64,000 nt of DNA from Myxococcota bacterium (GTDB lineage: Bacteria > Myxococcota_A > Polyangia > Polyangiales > JANWZI01). The notes under the pieces were generated by a model. The model ran no database searches, was not told where the DNA came from, and saw nothing but the letters and a program-made list of their open reading frames with translations. A program made the position numbers and the translations under genes. The stretch covers positions 3,838-67,837 of the forward strand of contig JANWZI010000005.1 in the NCBI GenBank assembly GCA_025054695.1, in the 5' to 3' direction. This document shows positions 47,777-56,844 of the stretch, piece by piece. Every line of letters starts with the position of its first letter. Position 1 is the stretch's first letter.

Positions 47777-50542
47777 ATGCACGAGCGCAATGCGGCCCTA
47801 CGGGATCTCGGCCAGAGCATCTGGCTCGACTACATTCGCCGCGATCTGATCGCGACAGGCGAGCTGTCGCGACTGGTCGAGGAGGGTGTGCGGGGCGTCA
47901 CGAGCAACCCGACGATCTTCGAGAAGGCGATCGGCGGTTCGTCCGATTACGACGGCTGGCTCGAACGTCACGTGCTCGAGGAGCCGCACGAGAGCCCCGA
48001 CCGGCTCTACGAACGGCTCGCCGTCGACGACGTGCGCGCGGCTTGCGACGTGCTGCGGCCCGTCTGGGAGGCCTCGGACGGCATCGACGGCTGGGTCAGC
48101 CTCGAAGTTTCGCCCGGGCTCGCCCACGACGCGGCCGGCACCGTCGCCGAGGCGCGTCGGCTCCGGGCGGCTGTCGATCGTCCCAACGTGATGATCAAGG
48201 TTCCCGCCACCGACGCGGGCATCGACGCGCTCGGCGCGTTGCTCGACGAGGGCATCGCCGTCAACGTGACGCTGCTCTTCGGCGTCGCGCGCTACGAACG
48301 CGTCGCGCACACGTACGTGCAAGCCGTCGAGCGCGCGAACGACCCGCGGCGGCGGCACTCGGTCGCCAGCTTCTTCGTCAGTCGCATCGACGCGGCGGTC
48401 GACCCGCTGCTCGAACGCGACGGACGCGCGCAGGCGCTGGCCCTACGCGGCCGTGTCGCAGTCGCCAACGCCCGCGTCGCCTACGCACGCTTCCGCACCG
48501 TGTTCTCCGGCCCGCGCTGGGAGGCGTTGCGCGCGCGAGGCGCCCGACCCCAGCGGCTGCTGTGGGCCAGCACCGGCGTCAAGGACCCGCGCCTACCGGA
48601 CGTGCTGTACGTCGAATCGCTCGCCGGGCCCGACACCGTGAACACGATGCCGCCCTCGACGTACGCCGCGTGGCTCGATCACGGACGGCCTCGCGCGAGC
48701 CTGCTCGAAGCCGGTGACGAGCGTGCGGTGCTCGACGCGCTCGACTCGCTCGGCATCCGATTCGACGAGGTGGTCGCTCGCCTCGAAGCCGACGGGTTGT
48801 CGGCCTTCGCGCGCAGCTTCGACGCGCTGCGCGCTACCCTCGCCGACAAGCGCCGCCGCATTCTCGAACGACACGAGAGCCGCCAGCATCTGGCGCTCGG
48901 CGCGTACGAGCCCATCGTGCGCGCGCGACTGGACGGCTTCGAACGCGAACGGCTGCTTCACCGGCTGTGGGCTCGCGATCCGACGATCTGGCGGCCGGAG
49001 CCCGAGCCCGAGCTCGTCGACCGCCTCGGCTGGCTGACCCTGCACGAGCGCATGGAGGGGCGCGAGCCGGAGCTCGTCGAGCTCGCCCGATCGGTTCGCG
49101 ACGACGGCATCGAGCGCGTCCTGCTTCTCGGCATGGGGGGCAGCTCGCTCGCCCCGGAGGTCTTCCGCGCCGTGCTCGGACGCGCCCCCGGCCACCCCGA
49201 GCTCGAGGTGCTCGACACGACGCACCCGGACGCCGTCGAGGCGTCCCTGCGCACGCTCGACCCTTCACGCACGCTCGTCGTCGTCGCCAGCAAGAGCGGC
49301 ACGACGATCGAAAGCCAGGCGCTCTACCACGTGCTCTGGGATCGGTGCGCGAGCCTCGGCGCCGCGCGGCCGTCGCGTTTCGTGGCGATCACGGACCCGG
49401 GCACGCCGCTCGAGCACCTCGCGCGCGAGCGCGGCTTCCGGCGGGTTTTCCTCGCGCCGCCCGACGTCGGCGGCCGCTACAGCGCGCTCAGCGTCTTCGG
49501 TCTGTTGCCGGCGGCGCTCGTCGGCATCGATCCGGACGACTTGCTCGACCGCGCCTGGACGATGGCCGAGGCCAACGCCGCGTGCGTGCCACCGTCGCGG
49601 GCGCCGGCCGCCCGATTGGGGGCCGCGCTCGGCGAGCTGGTGCGCGCCGGCCGCGACAAGGTCACGTTCGTCTGCTCGCCCGCCCTGCGCGCGCTGCCCG
49701 CGTGGATCGAGCAACTGCTCGCCGAGAGCACGGGCAAGGACGGCACGGGCATCGTGCCCGTCGCGGACGAGGAGCTGGGGCCACCCGACGTGTACGGCAC
49801 CGATCGGGTCTTCGTCGCGTTCCGGCTCGAAGGCGACGGCAGCGATGGGCTGGAGCAACGTCTGGACGAGCTGGAGCGCGCGGGTCACCCGGTCGTGCGC
49901 TTGCGTCTCGCCAGCGCCAAGGACATCGCGCAGGAAATGGTGCGATTCGAGATCGCGACGGCCATCGCGGGAGCCGTGCTCGGGATTCATCCGTTCAATC
50001 AGCCCGACGTGCAGCTCGCCAAGCAACTGGCGGCCGACGCCATGGCCGGCCGCATCGATCCATCCGAATCCGGCGCGGCACCGGTCCCCGCGGACGACGC
50101 GCGCGCGCTCGAGGACGCGTGGGCGGCCTGGATTCGCGCCGCGCGCCCCGGCGACTACGTCGCGCTGCAGGCGTTTCTCGCACCCTCGGCGGGGCTCTGG
50201 CACCGGCTGCAAGCCGTTCGGCACGCACTGCGTGACCGGCTTGGCCTTGCGACGACGCTCGGCTGGGGACCGCGCTTCTTGCACTCGACCGGCCAGCTGC
50301 ACAAGGGAGACGGGAACCGCGGCCTTTTCCTGCAACTCGTCGACGAACCGGCCGCCTCGGTCCCCGTCCCCGAGACCTCCTACGATCTGCGTCGCTTGCT
50401 GCGCGCTCAGGCCGACGGTGACGCGCTCGCGCTGCGGAGCCGAGGGCGCCGGCTGCTGCGCGTGAACCTCGGCGCGGCCCCCGACGCCGGGCTGCAACGG
50501 TTGCTCGACCTGGCGGCTCGGGCCAGCGGGAACGATGCGTGA
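47777..50542 (+). CDS. bifunctional transaldolase / glucose-6-phosphate isomerase
   Basis: N-terminal half is transaldolase (SIWLDYIRRD, GVTSNPTIF, MIKVPAT). C-terminal half is PGI/SIS-like (LLGMGGSSLAPEV, VVVASKSGTTIES). ATG 47777. Confidence 0.88.
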   Translation: MHERNAALRDLGQSIWLDYIRRDLIATGELSRLVEEGVRGVTSNPTIFEKAIGGSSDYDGWLERHVLEEPHESPDRLYERLAVDDVRAACDVLRPVWEASDGIDGWVSLEVSPGLAHDAAGTVAEARRLRAAVDRPNVMIKVPATDAGIDALGALLDEGIAVNVTLLFGVARYERVAHTYVQAVERANDPRRRHSVASFFVSRIDAAVDPLLERDGRAQALALRGRVAVANARVAYARFRTVFSGPRWEALRARGARPQRLLWASTGVKDPRLPDVLYVESLAGPDTVNTMPPSTYAAWLDHGRPRASLLEAGDERAVLDALDSLGIRFDEVVARLEADGLSAFARSFDALRATLADKRRRILERHESRQHLALGAYEPIVRARLDGFERERLLHRLWARDPTIWRPEPEPELVDRLGWLTLHERMEGREPELVELARSVRDDGIERVLLLGMGGSSLAPEVFRAVLGRAPGHPELEVLDTTHPDAVEASLRTLDPSRTLVVVASKSGTTIESQALYHVLWDRCASLGAARPSRFVAITDPGTPLEHLARERGFRRVFLAPPDVGGRYSALSVFGLLPAALVGIDPDDLLDRAWTMAEANAACVPPSRAPAARLGAALGELVRAGRDKVTFVCSPALRALPAWIEQLLAESTGKDGTGIVPVADEELGPPDVYGTDRVFVAFRLEGDGSDGLEQRLDELERAGHPVVRLRLASAKDIAQEMVRFEIATAIAGAVLGIHPFNQPDVQLAKQLAADAMAGRIDPSESGAAPVPADDARALEDAWAAWIRAARPGDYVALQAFLAPSAGLWHRLQAVRHALRDRLGLATTLGWGPRFLHSTGQLHKGDGNRGLFLQLVDEPAASVPVPETSYDLRRLLRAQADGDALALRSRGRRLLRVNLGAAPDAGLQRLLDLAARASGNDA

Positions 50543-50658
50543 ACGAGACGACGCCCACGATCTCGTGCTCGAGCTGCACGCGCGGCCTCGGTGTACCGTC
50601 GTGCGCGAACCGACGCGCATGGGATCGACCCTGCTGACCGAACGGCGGAGGTGAACGC

Positions 50659-51567
50659 ATGGAGCTGGGAATCGTCGGGCTCGGAAAGATGGGCGGAAAC
50701 ATGGCCGAGCGGCTTCTGGCCGCGGGCCACCGCATCGTGGGCTTCGATCCGGATCCGGGAGCACGCGAGCGGCTCGTCGGTGCCGGAGGCACGGCCGTGG
50801 CGTCGATCGAGGAACTCTGCCGCGCGTTACGGCCCCCTCGCGCGATCTGGATCATGGTGCCCAGCGGCAAGCCCACCGCCGACACCCTGCAGGCGGTCGC
50901 CGCGGGGTGCAGCCCGGGAGACGTGCTCGTGGACGGCGGCAACAGCAACTACCGCGACAGCCAGGCACGGGCCGAAACGCTCGCGGCGCGTGGCCTCCTG
51001 TTCCTCGACGTCGGCACGAGCGGCGGCATCTGGGGCCGCACCGAGGGCTATGCGCTGATGATCGGCGGACCGCGCGAGGCCGTCGAGCGGCTGCGCCCCA
51101 TCTTCGAGGCGCTCGCCCCCGCGCCGGACCGGGGCTGGGGCCACGTGGGGCCCAGCGGTGCGGGCCACTTCGTCAAGATGATCCACAACGGCATCGAGTA
51201 CGGAATGATGCAGGCGTTCGCCGAGGGGTTCGCGATCCTCAAGAAGAAGGACTCGCTGGGGCTGGACCTGCTGCAAATCGCGCGCATCTGGCAGCACGGC
51301 AGCGTCGTGCGCAGCTGGCTGCTCGACCTGCTCGTCAACGTCCTGCAGCAGGACCAGGATCTCGAGGACGTCGCGCCGTGGGTGGCCGATTCGGGCGAGG
51401 GCCGATGGACCGTCGCCGAGAGCATCGACCTCGACGTTCCGGCGCCGGTGATCGCGCTCTCGCTGCTGACCCGCTTCCGCTCGCGCGACGGGTACGCCTA
51501 CTACGACCGGCTGCTCGCCGCGCTCCGCCAGCAGTTCGGCGGCCACGCGGTTCGACGCGCGGAGTGA
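50659..51567 (+). CDS. gnd: 6-phosphogluconate dehydrogenase, short (Gnd-like, ~300 aa) form
   Basis: GGAGGTG before the ATG. GLGKMGGNMAERL, GGNSNYRD, HFVKMIHNGIEYGMMQA. Confidence 0.88.
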   Translation: MELGIVGLGKMGGNMAERLLAAGHRIVGFDPDPGARERLVGAGGTAVASIEELCRALRPPRAIWIMVPSGKPTADTLQAVAAGCSPGDVLVDGGNSNYRDSQARAETLAARGLLFLDVGTSGGIWGRTEGYALMIGGPREAVERLRPIFEALAPAPDRGWGHVGPSGAGHFVKMIHNGIEYGMMQAFAEGFAILKKKDSLGLDLLQIARIWQHGSVVRSWLLDLLVNVLQQDQDLEDVAPWVADSGEGRWTVAESIDLDVPAPVIALSLLTRFRSRDGYAYYDRLLAALRQQFGGHAVRRAE

Positions 51568-51596
51568 CGCGCCGCCGGGCGCGGACCCGACCTCCC

Positions 51597-52634
51597 TCAG
51601 CGCTCGCCGCGCAGGAACGCGACGCAGTCCGCGACGTCGAGGCGACTACCCACGAAGAGCGGCGTGCGCTGGTGCAGGCTCGTCGGAACCACGTCGAGCA
51701 CGGCACCCCGGCCGTCCGACGCGGCGCCGCCGGCCGCTTCGACGATGAACGCGAGCGGATTGGCCTCGTACAGCAGGCGAAGCTTGCCCTCGGGGCGCTT
51801 GACGTCGCCCGGATAGACGAAGATGCCACCGCGCAACAGCGTACGGTGCAGGTCGGCGACCATCGCGCCGATGTAGCGCGCCGAATAGGGCCTGCCGGAG
51901 CCGGCCTCGGGCGTCTTGATCCAGTCCACCCAGCGGCGCAGCCCCTCGGGCCACCGGTGGTAGTTGCCCTCGTTGATGGAATAGGTGTCGCCGCGGTCCG
52001 GGATCCGGATGTTCTCGTGGGACAAGAAGTACTCGCCGACGGTCGGGTCGTAGGTGAAGCCGTGCACGCCGCGACCCGCCGTGTAGACGAGCATCATCGA
52101 GGAGCCATAGACGACGTAGCCCGCGGCGACCATGTCGCGACCGGGCTGCAGGACGTCGTCGAGCGTGCCCGGGCCACCGACGGGGCTGCGGCGCCGGTAG
52201 ATGGCGAAGATGGTCCCGATGGACGCGTTGACGTCGATGTTGCCGGAACCGTCGAGCGGATCGAAGAGCAGGACGTACTTGCCGCCGTGCGACTCCGGAG
52301 GCACGGGAATCAGCTCGTCGTTCTCCTCGCTCGCCATGACGCAGACGTGGCCGCCGGCCTCGACGGACTTGATGATCGTCTGGTTGGCGAACTCGTCGAG
52401 CTTCTGGACGATCTCGCCCTGCACGTTCGTCAAGCCCGTCGAGCCGATGACGTTGACGAGCCCCGCGCGGCGCACGAGCGAGTGGATCGTCTTGGTCGCC
52501 AGCGTGATCTGCTGGAAGAGCTCCGTGAAGTCGCCGCTCGCGCCGGGAATCGCGCGTTGCCGTTCGAGGATGTGATACGCCAGGCTCGTCCCCGGGCGCG
52601 CCGGTCCGGCCAGCGTGTAGCTTCCGCCGCTCAC
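51597..52634 (-). CDS. fbp: class I fructose-1,6-bisphosphatase
   Basis: LFDPLDGSGNIDVN, GYVVYGSS, EANPLAFIVEAAGG. GTG 52634 overlaps the PilZ stop (GTGA). Confidence 0.9.
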   Translation of the reverse strand: MSGGSYTLAGPARPGTSLAYHILERQRAIPGASGDFTELFQQITLATKTIHSLVRRAGLVNVIGSTGLTNVQGEIVQKLDEFANQTIIKSVEAGGHVCVMASEENDELIPVPPESHGGKYVLLFDPLDGSGNIDVNASIGTIFAIYRRRSPVGGPGTLDDVLQPGRDMVAAGYVVYGSSMMLVYTAGRGVHGFTYDPTVGEYFLSHENIRIPDRGDTYSINEGNYHRWPEGLRRWVDWIKTPEAGSGRPYSARYIGAMVADLHRTLLRGGIFVYPGDVKRPEGKLRLLYEANPLAFIVEAAGGAASDGRGAVLDVVPTSLHQRTPLFVGSRLDVADCVAFLRGER

Positions 52635-52942
52635 GCGCCCCTCGCGATCTGGTTGATGGCCCAGACCTCGATGGGGCGAAGGCTTCCGAACTGCACGCCG
52701 ACGTCGCCCTGCGCGCACCACCGAACGGTGCAGGGCAGCTCGGCGGGCTCCTTGAGCGCAGGCAACCGGACGCGTAGCGTGCCGGTCGTGCCGTACGGAA
52801 CCGATTGCCCCAACTCCAGGCGCATCCCGCCGAGGCTCACGTTGCGGCTGCGCCCGTGCAGCTCGCGACCGTCCTCGAGCCGCAGCACGACGTCGAGGCT
52901 GCAGTCGAACCGTTCGTGCGCGCGACGCGTTTCGCCCGCCAT
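52631..52942 (-). CDS. PilZ-domain protein
   Basis: RRAHER (RxxxR) and NVSLGG (N-x-S-x-x-G) c-di-GMP binding motifs. 103 aa, ATG 52942. Confidence 0.75.
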   Translation of the reverse strand: MAGETRRAHERFDCSLDVVLRLEDGRELHGRSRNVSLGGMRLELGQSVPYGTTGTLRVRLPALKEPAELPCTVRWCAQGDVGVQFGSLRPIEVWAINQIARGA

Positions 52943-52945
52943 GGC

Positions 52946-53806
52946 GTGGGCGGGGGTGTAGCCCTGACCGCACAGGACGTCAACGCAGCGCGTGCGCGTC
53001 CGCGCGGCATCGTCGCCACCAGCGCGGCTCTCGTCGTGCTGCCAGCCGGCGCGCTGCTGGCGCTGTGGACGCCCCGTCCGGTGCCGCCGCGCGAGACCCC
53101 CGGACTGCACCTCGATCCCACGGCCTGTGCCCACGCCATCGCGCAGGACCGTGCCCTCGCGGCGGAGTCACCGACGGGGGAGGCCGCCGAGCGTCTGCGC
53201 CGCGCGCTGCATGCGCTCGGCACCTCCCAGGCGCGTGCGAGCGTGATGACCGAAGGCGAGCACCACGACACGATTTTCGAGATCCGGCGCGCGGCGAACG
53301 CCCTCGGCCCCACCGCGCTGTCGCGGCTGCGCGCGAGCCTCGTCGAGCGCCTCGAGCCCGCGCTCGCCCTTCCCGCGGACGACGACGAGCGCCGCGCGCT
53401 TCTCGGCGACTTCGAGCAGACCCTCGATCGGTTCGGCCTGCGTCGGGGAGGAAGAATCCTCGCACCCGCAATCGTCGTACGCGCCCTCTACAAGGCTCGT
53501 TTCAACCATCTCGCCGGGGTCGAGCCGACGGATGGACTCCACGACGTGGAGCGACTCGCGTACTGGGGCTGGCTCGCGCTCGAGGCCGACGGCGTCGAGC
53601 CCGCACGCCGGCTCGCGGCGCTCTCCGAGTACGAACGGCTCGGCGGTGCAGGAACGGCAGAAGCTCGCGCGACCTTGCTCTTTCTCGCCGGGCGGCTGCC
53701 AGAGGCGGCGCAGGCGTTCTCGGCACTCGACCCCGAAGGCCGCAACCCCAGGTTGCGCAACGCGACGCTCGCCGTCCTCGCGTTGTCGAACGAGAGCGAG
53801 CCGTGA
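52946..53806 (+). CDS. hypothetical helical protein
   Basis: N-terminal hydrophobic segment AALVVLPAGALLALW. Ala/Leu/Arg-rich helices. Start uncertain. The stop overlaps a GTG that opens a weak head-like segment. Confidence 0.5.
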   Translation: MGGGVALTAQDVNAARARPRGIVATSAALVVLPAGALLALWTPRPVPPRETPGLHLDPTACAHAIAQDRALAAESPTGEAAERLRRALHALGTSQARASVMTEGEHHDTIFEIRRAANALGPTALSRLRASLVERLEPALALPADDDERRALLGDFEQTLDRFGLRRGGRILAPAIVVRALYKARFNHLAGVEPTDGLHDVERLAYWGWLALEADGVEPARRLAALSEYERLGGAGTAEARATLLFLAGRLPEAAQAFSALDPEGRNPRLRNATLAVLALSNESEP

Positions 53807-53895
53807 CGCTCTCCGACGCGCGCGCTGGGCCCGGTCGATCGCCAGGTACGATGTTCGAGCCCCGCTCCGCAGCTACCTCGGACTTCGGGACACGA

Positions 53896-54046
53896 CTCCG
53901 AGGTCGAGACCGTGCCCGAGGCCGAGACCGAAACCGAGGCCGAGACCCAGGCTGAGACCGACTCCGAGATCGAGGCCTGGTCCGAGCCCGAGTCCGACTC
54001 CGAGTCCGAGACCGAGCCCGAGTCCGAGTCCGAGTCCGAGACCCAG
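53896..54046 (+). repeat. Period-6 array, copy R10
   Basis: gag gtc gag acc gtg ccc gag gcc gag acc gaa acc gag gcc ... gag tcc gag tcc gag tcc gag acc cag. Glu-frame ORF 53912..54100 starts GTG CCC, like R1. Confidence 0.88.
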
Positions 54047-54146
54047 TCGGGATCATCGTGCACGCCGGAGCGGGAAAATCGGCGGGCGCGAGCGCGGTGA
54101 CTCGTCTTGATCCCGTCACGAAGCGACCTATGGTGGCCGACGGCCG

Positions 54147-55226
54147 ATGGCCGCGGCGGAGGACTATTACGCACTGCTCGGCGTCGAGCGCACCGCGACG
54201 GCTGCCGAAATCAAGAAGGCGTATCGGCGCCTCGCGATGGAGCTGCACCCGGATCGAAACAAGCACGACCCGCAAGCCGAGGAGAAATTCAAGCGGGTAT
54301 CCGAGGCCTATCAGGTGCTCTCCGATCCCGAAAAGCGAGAGCTCTACGACCGCTTCGGTCACGCGGGCCTCGAACGGTCGGGGTACCAGGGCTTCGTCGA
54401 CGTCGAGGACGTCTTCGCGAGCATGCAGGATGTGTTCGCGGACCTTTTCGGGTTCGGGTTCTCGGTCGGGCCACGACGTCGCGGGCGCCGAGGAAGGGGG
54501 GCCGACGCCCAGGTGACCGTTTCGATCTCGCTCCGCGAGGCTTTCACCGGCACCGAGCGCGCCGTACCCATCTCGCTCCCTGAGCCGTGTTCGTCCTGCC
54601 GCGGCACCGGCGCCGCGGAAGGCAAGATCGTCGCGTGCCCCGCGTGCGGCGGCAGCGGGCAGATGCGGCGCGGGCGAGGGCCGATCGTCATCGCCGTGAC
54701 GTGCGGTCAGTGCGGAGGGATCGGTCGTCTGGCGGCGGCGACGTGCAAGGACTGCGGGGGGCGTGGCGAGACGACGGCGCATCGGGAAGTCCGCGTCCGG
54801 ATCCCGGCCGGCATCGACGACGGCCAGACGATTCAGCTCGAGGGGCAGGGTCAGGCCGGTCGCAACGGTGCGCCGGCGGGCGATCTGTACGTGACCGTGC
54901 GGGTCCAGGAGGATCCCGATTGGCGGCGCGAAGGACTCGACGTCGTGCGCGTGCTGCCGCTCTCATTCCCGGAGGTCGCGCTCGGGACGGATCGGGAAGT
55001 CGAGCTCCTCGACGGGACCCACCACCGGCTTCGCGTTCCACCCGGAAGCCAGCCGGGCGACGCCTTGCGGGTGCGCGGCGCGGGGATGCCACGACTCGAC
55101 GGACGCGGGCGCGGCGACGCGCTGTTCGTCGTCCAGGTGGACGTGCCGCGTTCCATCAGCCCACGCGCGCGGGAACTGCTCGAGTCGCTTCGCGCCGAGC
55201 TCGAGCCACAGTCCCGTGGCCGCTGA
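54147..55226 (+). CDS. dnaJ: molecular chaperone DnaJ (type I)
   Basis: J domain YYALLGV...HPDRN. Four CxxCxGxG zinc-finger motifs. C-terminal substrate-binding domains. Confidence 0.92.
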   Translation: MAAAEDYYALLGVERTATAAEIKKAYRRLAMELHPDRNKHDPQAEEKFKRVSEAYQVLSDPEKRELYDRFGHAGLERSGYQGFVDVEDVFASMQDVFADLFGFGFSVGPRRRGRRGRGADAQVTVSISLREAFTGTERAVPISLPEPCSSCRGTGAAEGKIVACPACGGSGQMRRGRGPIVIAVTCGQCGGIGRLAAATCKDCGGRGETTAHREVRVRIPAGIDDGQTIQLEGQGQAGRNGAPAGDLYVTVRVQEDPDWRREGLDVVRVLPLSFPEVALGTDREVELLDGTHHRLRVPPGSQPGDALRVRGAGMPRLDGRGRGDALFVVQVDVPRSISPRARELLESLRAELEPQSRGR

Positions 55227-55336
55227 ACGTCGGTCGCCGTTTCGAGCGCGAGGGGCCGCTGCGCGGCGTCGATGCGGCGTTGATGCGGCCGCGGGAGCCG
55301 GTGTAAAAACGAGCTGGCGAGGGAGTCGACAGACGG

Positions 55337-55894
55337 ATGGGGACGCGGATCTACGTGGGCAACCTCTCGTACGACAGCACCGACGAGAGCCTCCGACAGC
55401 TCTTCGCGCAGAGTGGACACAAGGTGGTCGACGTGCACATCGTCACGGACCGCGCGACGGGGCGATCTCGCGGGTTCGGCTTCGTAGAGATGTCCGACCA
55501 AGCGGCGACCGATGCCGCGATCGCGCAGCTCGACGGCGCGGTGCTCGACGGTCGGCGGCTGACACTTCGCGAAGCGTTGCCCCGTCCGGGGAGCGCAGGG
55601 CCGGGCCGCAGCTCCGGAGCGGATCGCGTCGACGGAGAGGCCTCGGAGCCGGGCGCGCGTCCGGCGCGATTCGCGTCCGGACCCGGTCGTGGACCGCGCG
55701 GGTTTGGCGCCGTGGCGATGCCCGAACGCGGTCCGCGTCCCTTCGACGGCGGTCGAGGCCGCGGTGCACTGTCGCGCGACGAGGGCCGACGGCGCGAGCG
55801 CCGGCTGCGCGACTTCGACCGTGATCGCGACGAGGACGGAGGCGGCCGCAGAGGTGGTGGTCGCCGTTCACGCGACGACGACGAGGATTGGTGA
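55337..55894 (+). CDS. RRM-domain RNA-binding protein with long Arg/Gly-rich and acidic tail
   Basis: RNP2 IYVGNL and RNP1 RGFGFVEM, then ~100 aa of GRG/RGG-like and RDRDED sequence ending DDDEDW. Confidence 0.85.
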   Translation: MGTRIYVGNLSYDSTDESLRQLFAQSGHKVVDVHIVTDRATGRSRGFGFVEMSDQAATDAAIAQLDGAVLDGRRLTLREALPRPGSAGPGRSSGADRVDGEASEPGARPARFASGPGRGPRGFGAVAMPERGPRPFDGGRGRGALSRDEGRRRERRLRDFDRDRDEDGGGRRGGGRRSRDDDEDW

Positions 55895-55932
55895 GCGATC
55901 GGCTGTGGCCGGTCCGCCGGTAGGTCGCGCCG

Positions 55933-56844
55933 GTGGATGATCGCATCCACGACGGCGTGCTCGACCTCATCGGCAGCACGCCCCTCGTTCGCTTGCAGCG
56001 GCTGCGGCCGCCGCGGGGGGCGGAGGTGTGCGCCAAGCTCGAGGCACGCAACCCCGGCGGCAGCGTCAAGGATCGTCCGGCGCTCGCCATGATCCGCGCC
56101 GCCGAGCGCGCCGGTGCCCTGCGTCCCGGCGCGACCATCGTCGAGGCCACCAGCGGCAACACCGGCGTCGCCCTCGCGATGATCGCCGCCGTTCGCGGCT
56201 ACCGCTGCGTGGTCGTCGTGCCGGATGACCTCAGTCGCACCCGTGAGCAGTTGCTCCGCGCGTACGGCGCCGAAGTCGTGCTCACCCCGGCCGAGGCCGG
56301 CATGGCCGGGGCCGTCGAGCGTGCGCGCGCCATCCACGACGCGACGCCCGGCGCGTGGATGCCCCGCCAGTTCGAGAACCCCGCCAATCCGCAGGCCCAC
56401 GTCGAGACGACGGCCGAGGAGATCTGGCGAGCGACCGCGGGGGCACTCGACGCGCTGGTCGTCGGCGTCGGCACCGGTGGCACGTTGACGGGCGTCGCGC
56501 GCGTGCTCCGCGAGCGGCGCCCGGGCCTTCGCGTCGTCGCCGTCGAGCCACGCGCGAGCGCCGTGCTGTCGGGTGGATGCCCCGGGCCGCACGGAATCCA
56601 GGGTCTCGGAGCCGGATTCGTGCCGCTCGTGCTCGACCGCGGGCTCATCGACGAGGTACGCACCGTGAGCGACGTCGCCGCCGAACGGATGCAGCGCCGG
56701 CTCGCGCGGGAAGAAGGATTGCTCGTGGGGCCGTCGAGCGGCGCGAACGTGCACGTCGCCGTCGAGGTCGCGCGCGAGATGAAGTCATCGATGCGCGTGG
56801 TCACCTTCCTGTGCGACGGGGGCGAGCGCTACCTGTCCGGCTGA
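55933..56844 (+). CDS. cysK: cysteine synthase A (O-acetylserine sulfhydrylase)
   Basis: KLEARNPGGSVKDRPA (PLP lysine), TSGNTGVALA, GVGTGGTLTG. Confidence 0.9.
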   Translation: MDDRIHDGVLDLIGSTPLVRLQRLRPPRGAEVCAKLEARNPGGSVKDRPALAMIRAAERAGALRPGATIVEATSGNTGVALAMIAAVRGYRCVVVVPDDLSRTREQLLRAYGAEVVLTPAEAGMAGAVERARAIHDATPGAWMPRQFENPANPQAHVETTAEEIWRATAGALDALVVGVGTGGTLTGVARVLRERRPGLRVVAVEPRASAVLSGGCPGPHGIQGLGAGFVPLVLDRGLIDEVRTVSDVAAERMQRRLAREEGLLVGPSSGANVHVAVEVAREMKSSMRVVTFLCDGGERYLSG

